Virus record (IMG/VR): IMGVR_UViG_3300014348_000043 | Location: 1-60,311 of that record | Direction: 5' to 3' (one strand) | Length of the DNA stretch: 60,311 nt | Origin: a virus | Shown: piece after piece, positions 6,220-14,861 of the stretch | Position numbering within the stretch: position 1 is the stretch's first letter | How the letters are laid out: every line of letters starts with the position of its first letter | Notes under the pieces: model-generated | Told to the model about the DNA's origin: nothing | Seen by the model: the letters and a program-made list of their open reading frames with translations, nothing else | Databases searched by the model: none | Made by a program: the position numbers and the translations under genes

Positions 6220-7346
6220 AAATCCTCCCGAATCCGTAGGCCAACCGGGAACCGAGGGGTCCCATACACAGTCAGTCCTTGATATTTTACTGTCAGCATC
6301 TTCCCGAGATACTCCGAGAAGTTTTCAAAATAAGTTTTAAGCATTTTAGTTTCGCCAGACATCTTCACGCGAAACTCCTCCGGGACTCTTGCGTTCGTCG
6401 TGCAAACAAAAGCGCCTGCGTGGCCTTGAAGTTTACCTCGACCTTCTTCGACCCCAACGATTTTAAACTCGGACTCTTGAAAGCCTTTAACTTTTAAAAG
6501 CCCCGTGCAGCGATGTTTTGTGTACGGGGTTTTGAGCTTGCGGACCATTGCGCCCTCATAGCCCTCCTCGACAAATTTGCCGAACATCTTCATGACGCCT
6601 TTTTCATCAGGAACAATGATTGTCTCCACGGCCCTGAGACTTTCGCTTTTGATCTTCCCAAGTATTTGTGATCGCTTCGTAAAGCAAGAGTCCGACACGA
6701 TGTCATAGATGTGGTACTGCAAAAGTCTGTGATCTTTGTCTGGAACTATTTTTCTGGCGATAGAAGTGATTCTCTCGAACTCGTGGCGCAGGCCATGATT
6801 GTAAATCTCCCCGTCCAGGATTTTCCCGGAGAGGCCTAGTTTCTTGGCAACTTCCCCGACTTCTTTTTCAATGTGCGGGGCCGAGTAAATTCGCTTTCTG
6901 GATCTTGACCAAAGAGTCGCTCTGCCGCTTTCGTCGATCATGGCGATACATCTATGGCCATCAAGTTTTGGCTGAACTGCCACAGGGAACTCAAGCTTCT
7001 TTGAGTGGTCCTCGTAGACCTTGGCGGTCATTGGGATAATTCCTCCGTGGATGACTTCGCTGTCAGTTATCCCAGACTCCGCGTCTTCGAAGCTCTCGAC
7101 ATATCCAGCTTTCTTTTTCTTTAGCCACAGGGCGCTGGCCTCTTTGAAGGCTTGTTCTCCTGGATCCGTTTCGTTTTTTCTTCCCTGATTTTTTCCGCTT
7201 CTCACGGAGTCTTTCACAGTCTGCTGGGCTCCGCCGACTTGACCGAAGGTCGTGACGATGACTGTCTCGTCTTCGATTCCTACCTGCCACTGTTGAATGG
7301 CCCCGGTAATTGTTTTCTTAAATAGCTTTGGAAGTTGCTCTGGCAT
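6216..7346 (-). CDS. ATP-dependent DNA ligase
   Basis: Adenylation motif I (VQPKLDGHRC) followed by nucleotidyltransferase and OB-fold-like regions (EGAMVRK, LLKVK). 376 aa. Confidence 0.85.
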   Translation of the reverse strand: MPEQLPKLFKKTITGAIQQWQVGIEDETVIVTTFGQVGGAQQTVKDSVRSGKNQGRKNETDPGEQAFKEASALWLKKKKAGYVESFEDAESGITDSEVIHGGIIPMTAKVYEDHSKKLEFPVAVQPKLDGHRCIAMIDESGRATLWSRSRKRIYSAPHIEKEVGEVAKKLGLSGKILDGEIYNHGLRHEFERITSIARKIVPDKDHRLLQYHIYDIVSDSCFTKRSQILGKIKSESLRAVETIIVPDEKGVMKMFGKFVEEGYEGAMVRKLKTPYTKHRCTGLLKVKGFQESEFKIVGVEEGRGKLQGHAGAFVCTTNARVPEEFRVKMSGETKMLKTYFENFSEYLGKMLTVKYQGLTVYGTPRFPVGLRIREDL

Positions 7347-7392
7347 TCGGTGTTTCCCCTGTCTAGTCCGGGGATAGAAACACCAGCAAATA

Positions 7393-7408
7393 AAGTTGTC
7401 AACAACTT
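7393..7408 (-). promoter_or_regulatory. Conserved promoter/operator-like motif AAGTTGTTGACAACTT (copy 1)
   Basis: The minus strand reads AAGTTGTTGACAACTT, which includes a TTGACA -35 hexamer, about 50 nt upstream of the ligase ATG. The same 16-mer occurs at 58593-58608 on the plus strand, and 14 of 16 positions match at 49974-49987. The -10 element is unclear. Confidence 0.5.
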
Positions 7409-7416
7409 GAGGCCCG

Positions 7417-7656
7417 TCACTGAATTATCCGGGTCTCGTATTCCTCGACAAACTTCACGGCTTTTTTAAGGAACCTAAGAAGTCTTTTGGCGTCACGCGG
7501 GGTCAGGGCAAGAACCTGGTCGTCTTGATTGATGTAAATTGGGCGGAAGACTTTGTCGTTCCCATAGGTTGAGACATCGACAGCAGCGGCGATTTCGCTG
7601 CCCTCGGTGTGTTCTAGTTCTGGATCTTCAAATTCTTTTGAGGCAGCATCAGTCAT
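7417..7656 (-). CDS. Hypothetical protein (79 aa; ORF-track start 7875 overlaps the lysin gene)
   Basis: The internal ATG at 7656 (MTDAASKEFEDPELEH...) avoids a 146-nt overlap with 7730..9115. The SD is weak. Confidence 0.5.
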   Translation of the reverse strand: MTDAASKEFEDPELEHTEGSEIAAAVDVSTYGNDKVFRPIYINQDDQVLALTPRDAKRLLRFLKKAVKFVEEYETRIIQ

Positions 7657-7690
7657 AGGATGATTATGGGCCACGGACGGCCCGCCTGCC

Positions 7691-7722
7691 AAAAGGAATT
7701 GGGCCCGGAAACGTCCAGGCCC
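7691..7722 (-). terminator. GC-rich hairpin plus U tract after the lysin gene
   Basis: The minus strand reads GGGCCUGGA-CGUU-UCCGGGCCC (7722-7701), starting 8 nt after the stop, followed by AAUUCCUUUU. Confidence 0.4.
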
Positions 7723-7729
7723 CTGCCGA

Positions 7730-9115
7730 CTAGACCTTGGACTTATTGGCGTCCAGAATCCACTGCGGAACATCTGTGAAACAAACAAAAATCTTTCCGG
7801 AGTTTGACTTTGATCGGTCAACTGTGGATCGAACCATTGCGTAGGCCCCATCACCGTCTCGGGACCCAGACCCATCGGTGTTGTACTCGACGGCCTTGAA
7901 CAACGGATGCTTCACTTGGTCCTCGCTGACCGTGACATAGTGACCCTGGTCGGGGTTTTCGACTTGCTGCAACACTCCGACATCGCCTTTCTTTCCGAGA
8001 GATCCTTCGGGGCGCATGTATTTCGCAGGCACAAAGGATGCCCGGCGGAACGCCTGGGAAGATGCTGTGGGCGGAACAGGGTTGTTTAGGCCAAGCTCTT
8101 TGCAGGCGTCGTCAATCGCGCACCAGCCGCCCGAGGCGCAATACGGAGCCCCCAGGTAGGACTTCGCTCGCTTGTTGAAAGAGTCGATTCGGGGCGAACG
8201 GTTTTTGCCGTGAGTTTCTCGGAGTCCCGCGTCAATATCTTTTTGGATATTGGCGACAATCAAATCAGCAATCGTCTTCCGGGTGATTTTGCCCGTGGGC
8301 TTTTTAGCTTCTTGTTTCGGAGCCAGGGAGACGTTCAGTTTTTTGATAAAAGACTCAATGGCAGAAACTTTCGAGTACTTGTTCCCATCGAGCATGACGG
8401 CCCAGTAGCGAAGATTCGATTTGTTTGGCAAGACGAGGCGGCCATCTTTTTCAATCTGTCTTGTGAGGATCGCAAGAGACAGATCGAGATTCGGAATAGC
8501 AGTTAGAAGTTCCTCGTAGGTGTACTTGGCTTTGTCACGAGGCTTTGCCCAGGACTGGTCGACAACTGAAATCTGGAGAAGGCCGATTGACCAAGTGTCT
8601 CGTTTTTCTTTCTTGCCGACATCAACGCTCGCCGACTTTGGATTCCAGCCGCTTTCATATTTCGCCATCTGGACAATAAGCTCTGCGATAACAAAAATCT
8701 GTTGGTCTTTTGTGAGTCCGGCCCAGTCAGGGCGAAACCGGGCCATGTCTTTAATTTTGATAATGTGAGACTCATAGATGCCGTAAAGGCGAGAGATCAA
8801 ATAATTCGACCACTCAATTCTTTCGGGCTTTGAGTCCCAAGAAAGAGACAACGATGTTGCCGGAACGGGAGGGGCCTCGCTTGCCATTCCGACCTTGATG
8901 CCAAGGGCCGTTATGGTTTTGGGGCCCGGAACTCCAGAGCCAGGAAGGCCAACTGATTTTTGGAATTTACTGACGGCTGTTTTTGTGGCCGGGCCAAAGT
9001 CGCCATCAACTTTTACTTTGAGCGATGGCATTTTTTCGTTTAGAGCCTGCTGCAAAACTTTAACGCCTGCGCTGCCGTAGTCGCCAGGGCGTGGAATATA
9101 GGTCACGATTTTCAT
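7730..9115 (-). CDS. Multidomain peptidoglycan hydrolase: PG-binding domain, lytic transglycosylase (SLT-like) and CHAP/NlpC-like domains
   Basis: The N-terminus has a PG_binding_1-like repeat (VDGDFGPATKTAVSKFQKSVGL). The middle has an SLT-like motif (AKYESGWNPKSAS...WSIGLLQIS). The C-terminus has a Cys...His pattern (APYCASGGWCAIDDA...GHYVTVSED). Confidence 0.75.
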   Translation of the reverse strand: MKIVTYIPRPGDYGSAGVKVLQQALNEKMPSLKVKVDGDFGPATKTAVSKFQKSVGLPGSGVPGPKTITALGIKVGMASEAPPVPATSLSLSWDSKPERIEWSNYLISRLYGIYESHIIKIKDMARFRPDWAGLTKDQQIFVIAELIVQMAKYESGWNPKSASVDVGKKEKRDTWSIGLLQISVVDQSWAKPRDKAKYTYEELLTAIPNLDLSLAILTRQIEKDGRLVLPNKSNLRYWAVMLDGNKYSKVSAIESFIKKLNVSLAPKQEAKKPTGKITRKTIADLIVANIQKDIDAGLRETHGKNRSPRIDSFNKRAKSYLGAPYCASGGWCAIDDACKELGLNNPVPPTASSQAFRRASFVPAKYMRPEGSLGKKGDVGVLQQVENPDQGHYVTVSEDQVKHPLFKAVEYNTDGSGSRDGDGAYAMVRSTVDRSKSNSGKIFVCFTDVPQWILDANKSKV

Positions 9116-9279
9116 TCGGATTTCCCCTTCTTTGTGTCTTTACGTTTGTAGGTGTCAGCCCAAAGATCGTAGTTGTTGGAATTTATAATAGTCACGCCTT
9201 TAATTTTAAGACGCTCTCCGGGGCCGATTCTTTTACCAGACGAGACTTTGGGCTGTTTGAGTTTTTGAATTCGGAGCAT
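9112..9279 (-). CDS. Small basic protein (55 aa, below the ORF-track cutoff)
   Basis: ATG at 9279 has AAGGA upstream. The stop overlaps the lysin ATG as ATGA. Translation: MLRIQKLKQPKVSSGKRIGPGERLKIKGVTIINSNNYDLWADTYKRKDTKKGKSE. Confidence 0.55.
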   Translation of the reverse strand: MLRIQKLKQPKVSSGKRIGPGERLKIKGVTIINSNNYDLWADTYKRKDTKKGKSE

Positions 9280-9293
9280 TCCTTTTGTCCTTA

Positions 9294-10586
9294 CTACGTT
9301 GCCGCATTGATGACCTCCATTTTACTCTCGAGCGTCTCGGCGATTTTCTCATCCTGCGGAGAGCCATAGATTCTATGGACGGTTCTTGGTTCTTTCTCTC
9401 CGATAGCCCTAACACGGTTTATCACTTGGAACAAGTCGCCAGGGACCCAGCAGAGGTCCGAAAGAACAATGTCTTTTGCCCTAAACAGATCGGCACCTTC
9501 CTTCAGGGACCCGATAGTTGCGCACAACATATTTATTTTTCCGGCCTGAAAGTCGCGGACAAGTTCGGCTCGTTTGGTCCCTGGCATTTCTCCCGTGATG
9601 GCAGGGACCTTAAAATGCTTGGCGATGGCTTTGACTGGCTCTTTGTGGTCGGAGTAGACCAAGCAGCAATCCACAGTTTCCATAAGGTTTTCCACATACT
9701 TGATTGTGAAAGGGACTTTTTGCATCGCCGCCTGGACTTTGATGTCGGGCCGAACGAGATGCGAGTCCTCCCCAGAGAAGAAGGCGTTGAAGGACTGCAA
9801 AAGCTTCTGATTGGGAGAGTCTGAAATCAATACATCGAGATAGGAGATTGGCGGGAGGTCATCTTTGTTTGCTCGGATTCTGATGTATCTCCCCTCGAGC
9901 CATCTCTTTAGTTCGGGGAGATTTCGAAGTCCTTCGTATTTCACAATAGGCATGTAGAACTGAGCCCCGCGTTTGGTCGTGACCTTGACTTCATATTGCT
10001 GCCGAAAGCTGAACTTCTCAGCAAAAGAAATTTCATCGGGATATAGATCCAAAAAGTCCGCTTTCGATTGCTGGAGTCTCGGGTCGTAGTAGGTCAGAGC
10101 AAGCAAGCTGTAGAATTCCCGGACTCGGTTCTTCAATGGCGTCCCGGTCAGGCCATGGAAATATTTAACCGAGTTCTCGTAAAGAGCCCGGTGAAAGAAT
10201 TCGGTCCTTTTTGCTTTGATAGATTTTAAGTTGTGAACTTCGTCGGCGATGACAGTGTCGCACCATTCAAATAGGTGCTCGGCCTTTTGAACAAGGTCAT
10301 AGGACGTGACAACAAAGTCCGCGTCGCAGACATCGTAAATTTCTTTTCCTTTTCGGAACACAGTGACCTGTGCGTCAGGGCTCCACTTCAGGATTTCTTT
10401 TTTCCAGTTCAAGATGAGGTAGCTTGGACAGACAATAAGGGTGTTGGAGTTTCGGAGTCGCTGAAGCCAGATGGCGCAGGCCGACTTGCCCAACCGGGGT
10501 TCTGCGCACAGCAAAGAGTAGGGATTTTTCTTCCCGTATTCGAACATTAAATGCTGATTTTTGGTAGCTATTTTTGGGAGCTTCAT
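9294..10586 (-). CDS. SNF2-family (DExH) helicase
   Basis: Walker A (AEPRLGKSACAIWL), DExH box (VIADEVHNLK) and C-terminal helicase motifs (MLCATIGSLKEGADL, LSDLCWVPGDLFQVINR). The start is either ATG 10586 or GTG 10616, so it is uncertain. Confidence 0.8.
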   Translation of the reverse strand: MKLPKIATKNQHLMFEYGKKNPYSLLCAEPRLGKSACAIWLQRLRNSNTLIVCPSYLILNWKKEILKWSPDAQVTVFRKGKEIYDVCDADFVVTSYDLVQKAEHLFEWCDTVIADEVHNLKSIKAKRTEFFHRALYENSVKYFHGLTGTPLKNRVREFYSLLALTYYDPRLQQSKADFLDLYPDEISFAEKFSFRQQYEVKVTTKRGAQFYMPIVKYEGLRNLPELKRWLEGRYIRIRANKDDLPPISYLDVLISDSPNQKLLQSFNAFFSGEDSHLVRPDIKVQAAMQKVPFTIKYVENLMETVDCCLVYSDHKEPVKAIAKHFKVPAITGEMPGTKRAELVRDFQAGKINMLCATIGSLKEGADLFRAKDIVLSDLCWVPGDLFQVINRVRAIGEKEPRTVHRIYGSPQDEKIAETLESKMEVINAAT

Positions 10587-10593
10587 AGTGAAA

Positions 10594-10614
10594 GGGCCCG
10601 GAAGATCCGGGCCC
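10594..10614 (-). terminator. Perfect 9-bp GC hairpin (GGGCCCGGA-UCU-UCCGGGCCC), an attenuator or stability element
   Basis: It lies 10 nt after the stop of the acidic protein gene and directly before ATG 10586. Only UUU follows it, so it is weak as a terminator. Confidence 0.35.
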
Positions 10615-10624
10615 ACTCTTTTGG

Positions 10625-11305
10625 TTACTTTTTAGTGGCCATGAGTTTTTTAACTTGGGCTGTGAAGCTTTCAACAACTTCACCGCTTGCGTCCAAGAAC
10701 TCTGCGCCTTCCATTTTCTCAGAAACCTTTTTAGCTTTCGCTTTGGTCTCTTCTGATTTCTTCCAGTTGGGGGCTACAGATTTAAGAACTCCGCTGAAGA
10801 TTTCTTTGTGCTGTTCGATTGTGCGGTTGTAGACTTGGGGCTTTTTGCTGCCGCCTTTTTTTCCTGCTGCTTTTTTGGCTGGAGCTGCTTTTTTGCTTGC
10901 AGGTTTTTCTTCTTCATCTTCTTCACTTGCTGCGTCTTCTGCGTCGTCGGAAGAATCGTCAGCGTCGTCGTCATCTTGAGATGCTGGGGTTTCATCGTCT
11001 TGATCGCCTTCGCCATCATCTCCTGAATCTTCGTCTTCGGCACTTTCGTAGTCTGTGTCTTCGTCGTCAGTGTTACGGGCTTTTGATTTAGTTCCATTTT
11101 TCTTTTTCTCCTTAGTTTTAGGTGTTTCTACTGGTTCTTCTTCTGAGTCAAGCTGTCCTGAGTGGGCGGCTTCAACTTCCATTTTGAGTTCGACAAGTGC
11201 CTCTGCGCCGCTTTCGTTTTCGATTTGAGCGGTGAGAGTCATCTCTTCAAATTCGTATTCGCCGGTTACATAGCGGCGAGTGTATTTCGCTTCTGTCATT
11301 TTCAT
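10625..11305 (-). CDS. Highly acidic protein with a lysine-rich C-terminal part (226 aa)
   Basis: About 70 residues are dominated by D/E (DDEDTDYESAEDEDSGDDGEGDQDDETPASQDDDDADDSSDDAEDAASEEDEEE), followed by KPASKKAAPAKKAAGKKGGSKK. Function unknown. Confidence 0.7.
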   Translation of the reverse strand: MKMTEAKYTRRYVTGEYEFEEMTLTAQIENESGAEALVELKMEVEAAHSGQLDSEEEPVETPKTKEKKKNGTKSKARNTDDEDTDYESAEDEDSGDDGEGDQDDETPASQDDDDADDSSDDAEDAASEEDEEEKPASKKAAPAKKAAGKKGGSKKPQVYNRTIEQHKEIFSGVLKSVAPNWKKSEETKAKAKKVSEKMEGAEFLDASGEVVESFTAQVKKLMATKK

Positions 11306-11314
11306 ATTTCTCTC

Positions 11315-12196
11315 CTATAGTAAATCTGATTCTTTAACTTTGAGCCATTCAAGTTCATGCGGAAGCGGCTCGGCCTCCCGCAAGTAGTCCACGATCTCCC
11401 AGTTTGCTTTGGACAAATCAGCAATTCGCAGAAGGGCTTTCATCCACTTCGCCCGTCCAACACGGATTTGGCTTTCCGAAGCGGCCCAGGCGGCAGCAAT
11501 TGGATTTTCCTTTGATGCAAAAATCCAAATGAAGCGTTCAAGGTCAGGCTTCTCAAGCGAGAAGATGTCCAGGTATAGGGCCGCAGAAAGATCATACATG
11601 TATTTGCTGATGCTTCCGCGAACACTGCCGGACTTGTTAGCGCGGCCTGAAGTTGATTTCAAATCTGAAATGAAATCTTCTCCGAGACAGTCGGCGCGAA
11701 CTTTAACCAAGATCTCAAACCCTTTTGCCGGGACTTTTTTAACAGACACCCATCCGTCAGGAGTCAGCGCCCTCAAGTAATTGGGCGCGTAAATAGTCCC
11801 GTCCGCAATGAGAAGGCGAACAAAGAGAGTTACCTCCGGCTCGCCCCGGATATACTCAGTAGAAATCGGGGAGTCCAAGACAGCTTTCGCCATCATGTCG
11901 CCCTGAGATTTCTGCTTCTGAGTGATCGCAGTTCTCCCATTGCTTGAGAGTTTGAACTTCTCCCACTCTTTCCCGTAGCGAGCTTTGCCAGTAAAGACTG
12001 CAATTTCTTTTTCAATCTTGTGGGGCTCGAGCACTTTAGTGTGGAAGTAAGTTCCGGTGTCAAAAGACTCTTTCTCTTCTCGCGGGACCATATTCTTGAT
12101 GTACTTTTGAATGAAGAGTTCTTCATCCTCAAGAACAACTTTGAGCTGAGAACTAGACCAAATCCCGGCAGTTCCGTGATAGGCCTCGCTCGTCAT
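11315..12196 (-). CDS. PD-(D/E)XK recombination exonuclease (RecE/exonuclease VIII-like)
   Basis: Contains EAYHG...SSSQLK, DTGTYFHTKVLEP, and the D...(D/E)XK core VRADCLGEDFISDLKST, followed by YDLSAALY. ATG 12196 avoids an out-of-frame overlap with the upstream gene. Confidence 0.65.
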   Translation of the reverse strand: MTSEAYHGTAGIWSSSQLKVVLEDEELFIQKYIKNMVPREEKESFDTGTYFHTKVLEPHKIEKEIAVFTGKARYGKEWEKFKLSSNGRTAITQKQKSQGDMMAKAVLDSPISTEYIRGEPEVTLFVRLLIADGTIYAPNYLRALTPDGWVSVKKVPAKGFEILVKVRADCLGEDFISDLKSTSGRANKSGSVRGSISKYMYDLSAALYLDIFSLEKPDLERFIWIFASKENPIAAAWAASESQIRVGRAKWMKALLRIADLSKANWEIVDYLREAEPLPHELEWLKVKESDLL

Positions 12197-12230
12197 ATCC
12201 CGGATAAGCCGATGTAAAACAGGCGGCTTT

Positions 12231-12668
12231 TTAGAGATCGTCTTCTTCTTCAGCATCTTCTTCTTCTTCTTCAACATCCTCAGAGCCATCGTCTTCTTCA
12301 ACACACACGACTTCCATCATGTGGGCCATCTCGCCTGCGTGGGTTCCGCCTTCTATTTCTTGCTGTCCTTTGTAGGTGACTTGGACAATTTCACCTTCTT
12401 CGATCTGGTCCATACCCTTGTCAAGCTGGCCAGCAGAGTTCAGTGTCACACGCTTTGCCGCCTTGATACGTTTTTCTTCTTTTTTGTCGGAGAAGAAAAC
12501 TTCAAGGGGCTCCACAAGCCAGTCTTTTTTAGACTTGTTCTTGCGGTTTGGCTGGGAGCCAACTAGGCGGCAAACAATTACGTCGCCTTCTTCCCACAGT
12601 TTCCATGCTCGGTACTCGGAGCGAACGCCCGACAGTACCTTCTTCGTTTTAAAAACGCGTTTTGCCAT
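12231..12668 (-). CDS. Putative ssDNA-binding protein (function inferred from the acidic C-terminal tail and position)
   Basis: 145 aa ending in EDDGSEDVEEEEEDAEEEDDL. It lies between the DNA polymerase and the exonuclease. I did not recognise a diagnostic motif. Confidence 0.4.
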   Translation of the reverse strand: MAKRVFKTKKVLSGVRSEYRAWKLWEEGDVIVCRLVGSQPNRKNKSKKDWLVEPLEVFFSDKKEEKRIKAAKRVTLNSAGQLDKGMDQIEEGEIVQVTYKGQQEIEGGTHAGEMAHMMEVVCVEEDDGSEDVEEEEEDAEEEDDL

Positions 12669-12693
12669 AAAACCTCCTACAGTTTTGGCGTTG

Positions 12694-14799
12694 TTATAAA
12701 ATTTCAGAATCCGGTTCTGAAAAGTATTTACTAAATCTTTGATAGTCAGCGAGGCTTCGCTTGTCGATGTAGAGATTCGAGACCGGGACTTCCCAGCCTT
12801 TTACTTTGATCGAGCCTTTCTCGGGAAAGTGCCGTCCCCAGGCTTTGGGATCGAGCTTAATTTTCTTGGCAATCTTCTCAAGTTCAGTTTCCTGGAAGAA
12901 GTAAGCAAACCCCTCTTGCATGGCGTCCCGGAGCCGGACGATGTGGTCTTCGCTCCCGATAGGGGCCTCAATGTAGATAGCATCGTGCAGTGTGAAGATG
13001 ACCCGGCATCCTTTTTCAACGGCAAGGTCTACTGCTTTTCGCATGATTGAAGCGCCTGCGCCTTGAATCGGAACATTCAGGACAGAGCGAGGGTTGTCGT
13101 TGTCGTTCCAAAGGCACCATCCGTCGAGGGTTCGAAAAGCATTCCCTTCTTCGTAAAGGGCAAGCTGCTCGGCTCTCCATGCAATGTAGTCAGGATATAC
13201 TTGCTCGAACATTTCAATGAAGGCCTGTGCCTCGTCCTCGGAAATTTCGCGGCCAGAGTCGGCAGTGAGTTTTGCCGAAAGTCCAATTTTAGACATTCCG
13301 AATAGGATACCCAAAATTGTGCTTTTCATGAGATCCCGCTCGACCGAGTGAGTCTCTTTAGTCCCCTCTGGCGGGATCATTCCCGCTTCTTTGCCTAGAT
13401 ATAGGTAGGGGTCCCCCGACAGGTATCCCCGAATCATACTGTGGTCCTGAGACAGTAATCCAGCCAAAAAGTATTCTTGCTGCCCATAGTCGATTCCAGC
13501 AAGGTAGTATCCTTCTTGCGGCTCAACAAGAGCCCGCATCCAGGCTGGTTTTAAAAACATAAATCCTGTAGCGGCTGGCTGAGAGCGCCCCGACTGAGCG
13601 CCGTATATATTCATGTAAGGCCGAACACGCCCGTCAGGTCCGACACTGTCCCAGAAACTTTTCTTGGAGGATGATTGATTCTTTGTGTTGAACCCGTAGA
13701 GAGACTGCTTGAGTTTTAAGAATCGGACCATCTGAGCGCCAAAGTTCCCGCGAGGGTAGTCGTGCTTGAAAGCGAACGCTCGCTCAAACGCCTCAAGGGA
13801 AAGAGAGAGCTGTCCTTTGTCGGTTCGCATCCATGTCTTTTTATCGCAGTTCTTTTCAATCCAAAGACGAGTCACTTTCTGGTCCCAGGTGTACGTTGAC
13901 TTTTTAGCATTCCAGCGGAAGGGGAGCATCTGGACCCAGTCGAGACCTTGAACCCTCGCTGTGACTTTGTTCACGTCGCTAGGTTTTGAAAATTGAGAAT
14001 TGATGTCGCGCTGGCACTCGGCAAGAATCGCGGGAATTTGTTTGCTGAAGTTTTTTGTAGCCTCAAGATTTATCGGGTAGCCGATTGACTCCATGATGGC
14101 GGTGTGGGCGGCGTATCGCCCGCGCCAAAGAGCGTCTTCAAAATACTCTTCCCAGATTAAAATTTCTTCTGGGACAAGTTCGGCGTAGTGGTTTTTGATT
14201 GCGGCCCAGATCTCTGGCAGGAACTCAACGTCATCAGCGTTGTATTTAAGGATGCGCTCTTTTTCTTCCGCAGTAAATTTCTTGGGGTTTGAAATAATGA
14301 GGTCCCGGACTGCGTCCTTCTCGGCGGTGTCCCGAATTTGGCCAGTCAATTTGTAGGTCGCCTCAGCCAAAGAGAATGTCGGTTTAAATCCGTTCTTTGC
14401 TTCTTCTTCGGTGCGCTGCCATTTTGGCTTGGGCTTATTGACGGTTCGGATTTTGCCGTTTACGAGCTGCTTTCCCCAGTTGAGCTTGTCGTTGTGATTG
14501 CAGAGCATTTTGTACTCAAGGAAAAGATCGAGCCATTTAAAAGAAAGCGGGTCGAGGTTCAGAGAATAGAAAGACCTTGCTTCAGCCACGCAAGAAAATC
14601 CGAGCATATAAGAATATTTCTTTAGATGCTCCCGGAGTTCTTTCTTTCCGTTTTCCGAATTGTGAAGCCAGAACTTGCGGGTCTTCTTTGTTTGAAGATC
14701 GTGCGTCACACAAGAGACTAAGTTCACGCACTCACTTGTGATTTGATTGAATTCGAAGTCGAGCGCCAGGAGTCTGGGCTCTTTAAAAGTCTTATTCAC
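12694..14799 (-). CDS. Family A DNA polymerase with N-terminal 3'-5' exonuclease domain
   Basis: Exo I (LALDFEF), motif A (IDYGQQEYFLAGLLS), motif B (RDLMKSTILGILFGMS), motif C (FTLHDAIYIE). Confidence 0.9.
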   Translation of the reverse strand: MNKTFKEPRLLALDFEFNQITSECVNLVSCVTHDLQTKKTRKFWLHNSENGKKELREHLKKYSYMLGFSCVAEARSFYSLNLDPLSFKWLDLFLEYKMLCNHNDKLNWGKQLVNGKIRTVNKPKPKWQRTEEEAKNGFKPTFSLAEATYKLTGQIRDTAEKDAVRDLIISNPKKFTAEEKERILKYNADDVEFLPEIWAAIKNHYAELVPEEILIWEEYFEDALWRGRYAAHTAIMESIGYPINLEATKNFSKQIPAILAECQRDINSQFSKPSDVNKVTARVQGLDWVQMLPFRWNAKKSTYTWDQKVTRLWIEKNCDKKTWMRTDKGQLSLSLEAFERAFAFKHDYPRGNFGAQMVRFLKLKQSLYGFNTKNQSSSKKSFWDSVGPDGRVRPYMNIYGAQSGRSQPAATGFMFLKPAWMRALVEPQEGYYLAGIDYGQQEYFLAGLLSQDHSMIRGYLSGDPYLYLGKEAGMIPPEGTKETHSVERDLMKSTILGILFGMSKIGLSAKLTADSGREISEDEAQAFIEMFEQVYPDYIAWRAEQLALYEEGNAFRTLDGWCLWNDNDNPRSVLNVPIQGAGASIMRKAVDLAVEKGCRVIFTLHDAIYIEAPIGSEDHIVRLRDAMQEGFAYFFQETELEKIAKKIKLDPKAWGRHFPEKGSIKVKGWEVPVSNLYIDKRSLADYQRFSKYFSEPDSEIL

Positions 14800-14861
14800 T
14801 TGGCTTTCCCCTCTTCTTCAGGCTCTACTGTTGTTCGCAACTTCTCAGCAGGGCGGAGTTC

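Noticed and set aside
7417-7875. 152-aa ORF overlapping the 3' end of the lysin gene.
   Set aside because: The N-terminal 73 codons overlap gene 7730..9115 and the terminator-like hairpin, with Pro/Arg/Ser-rich composition. Only the part starting at ATG 7656 was kept.
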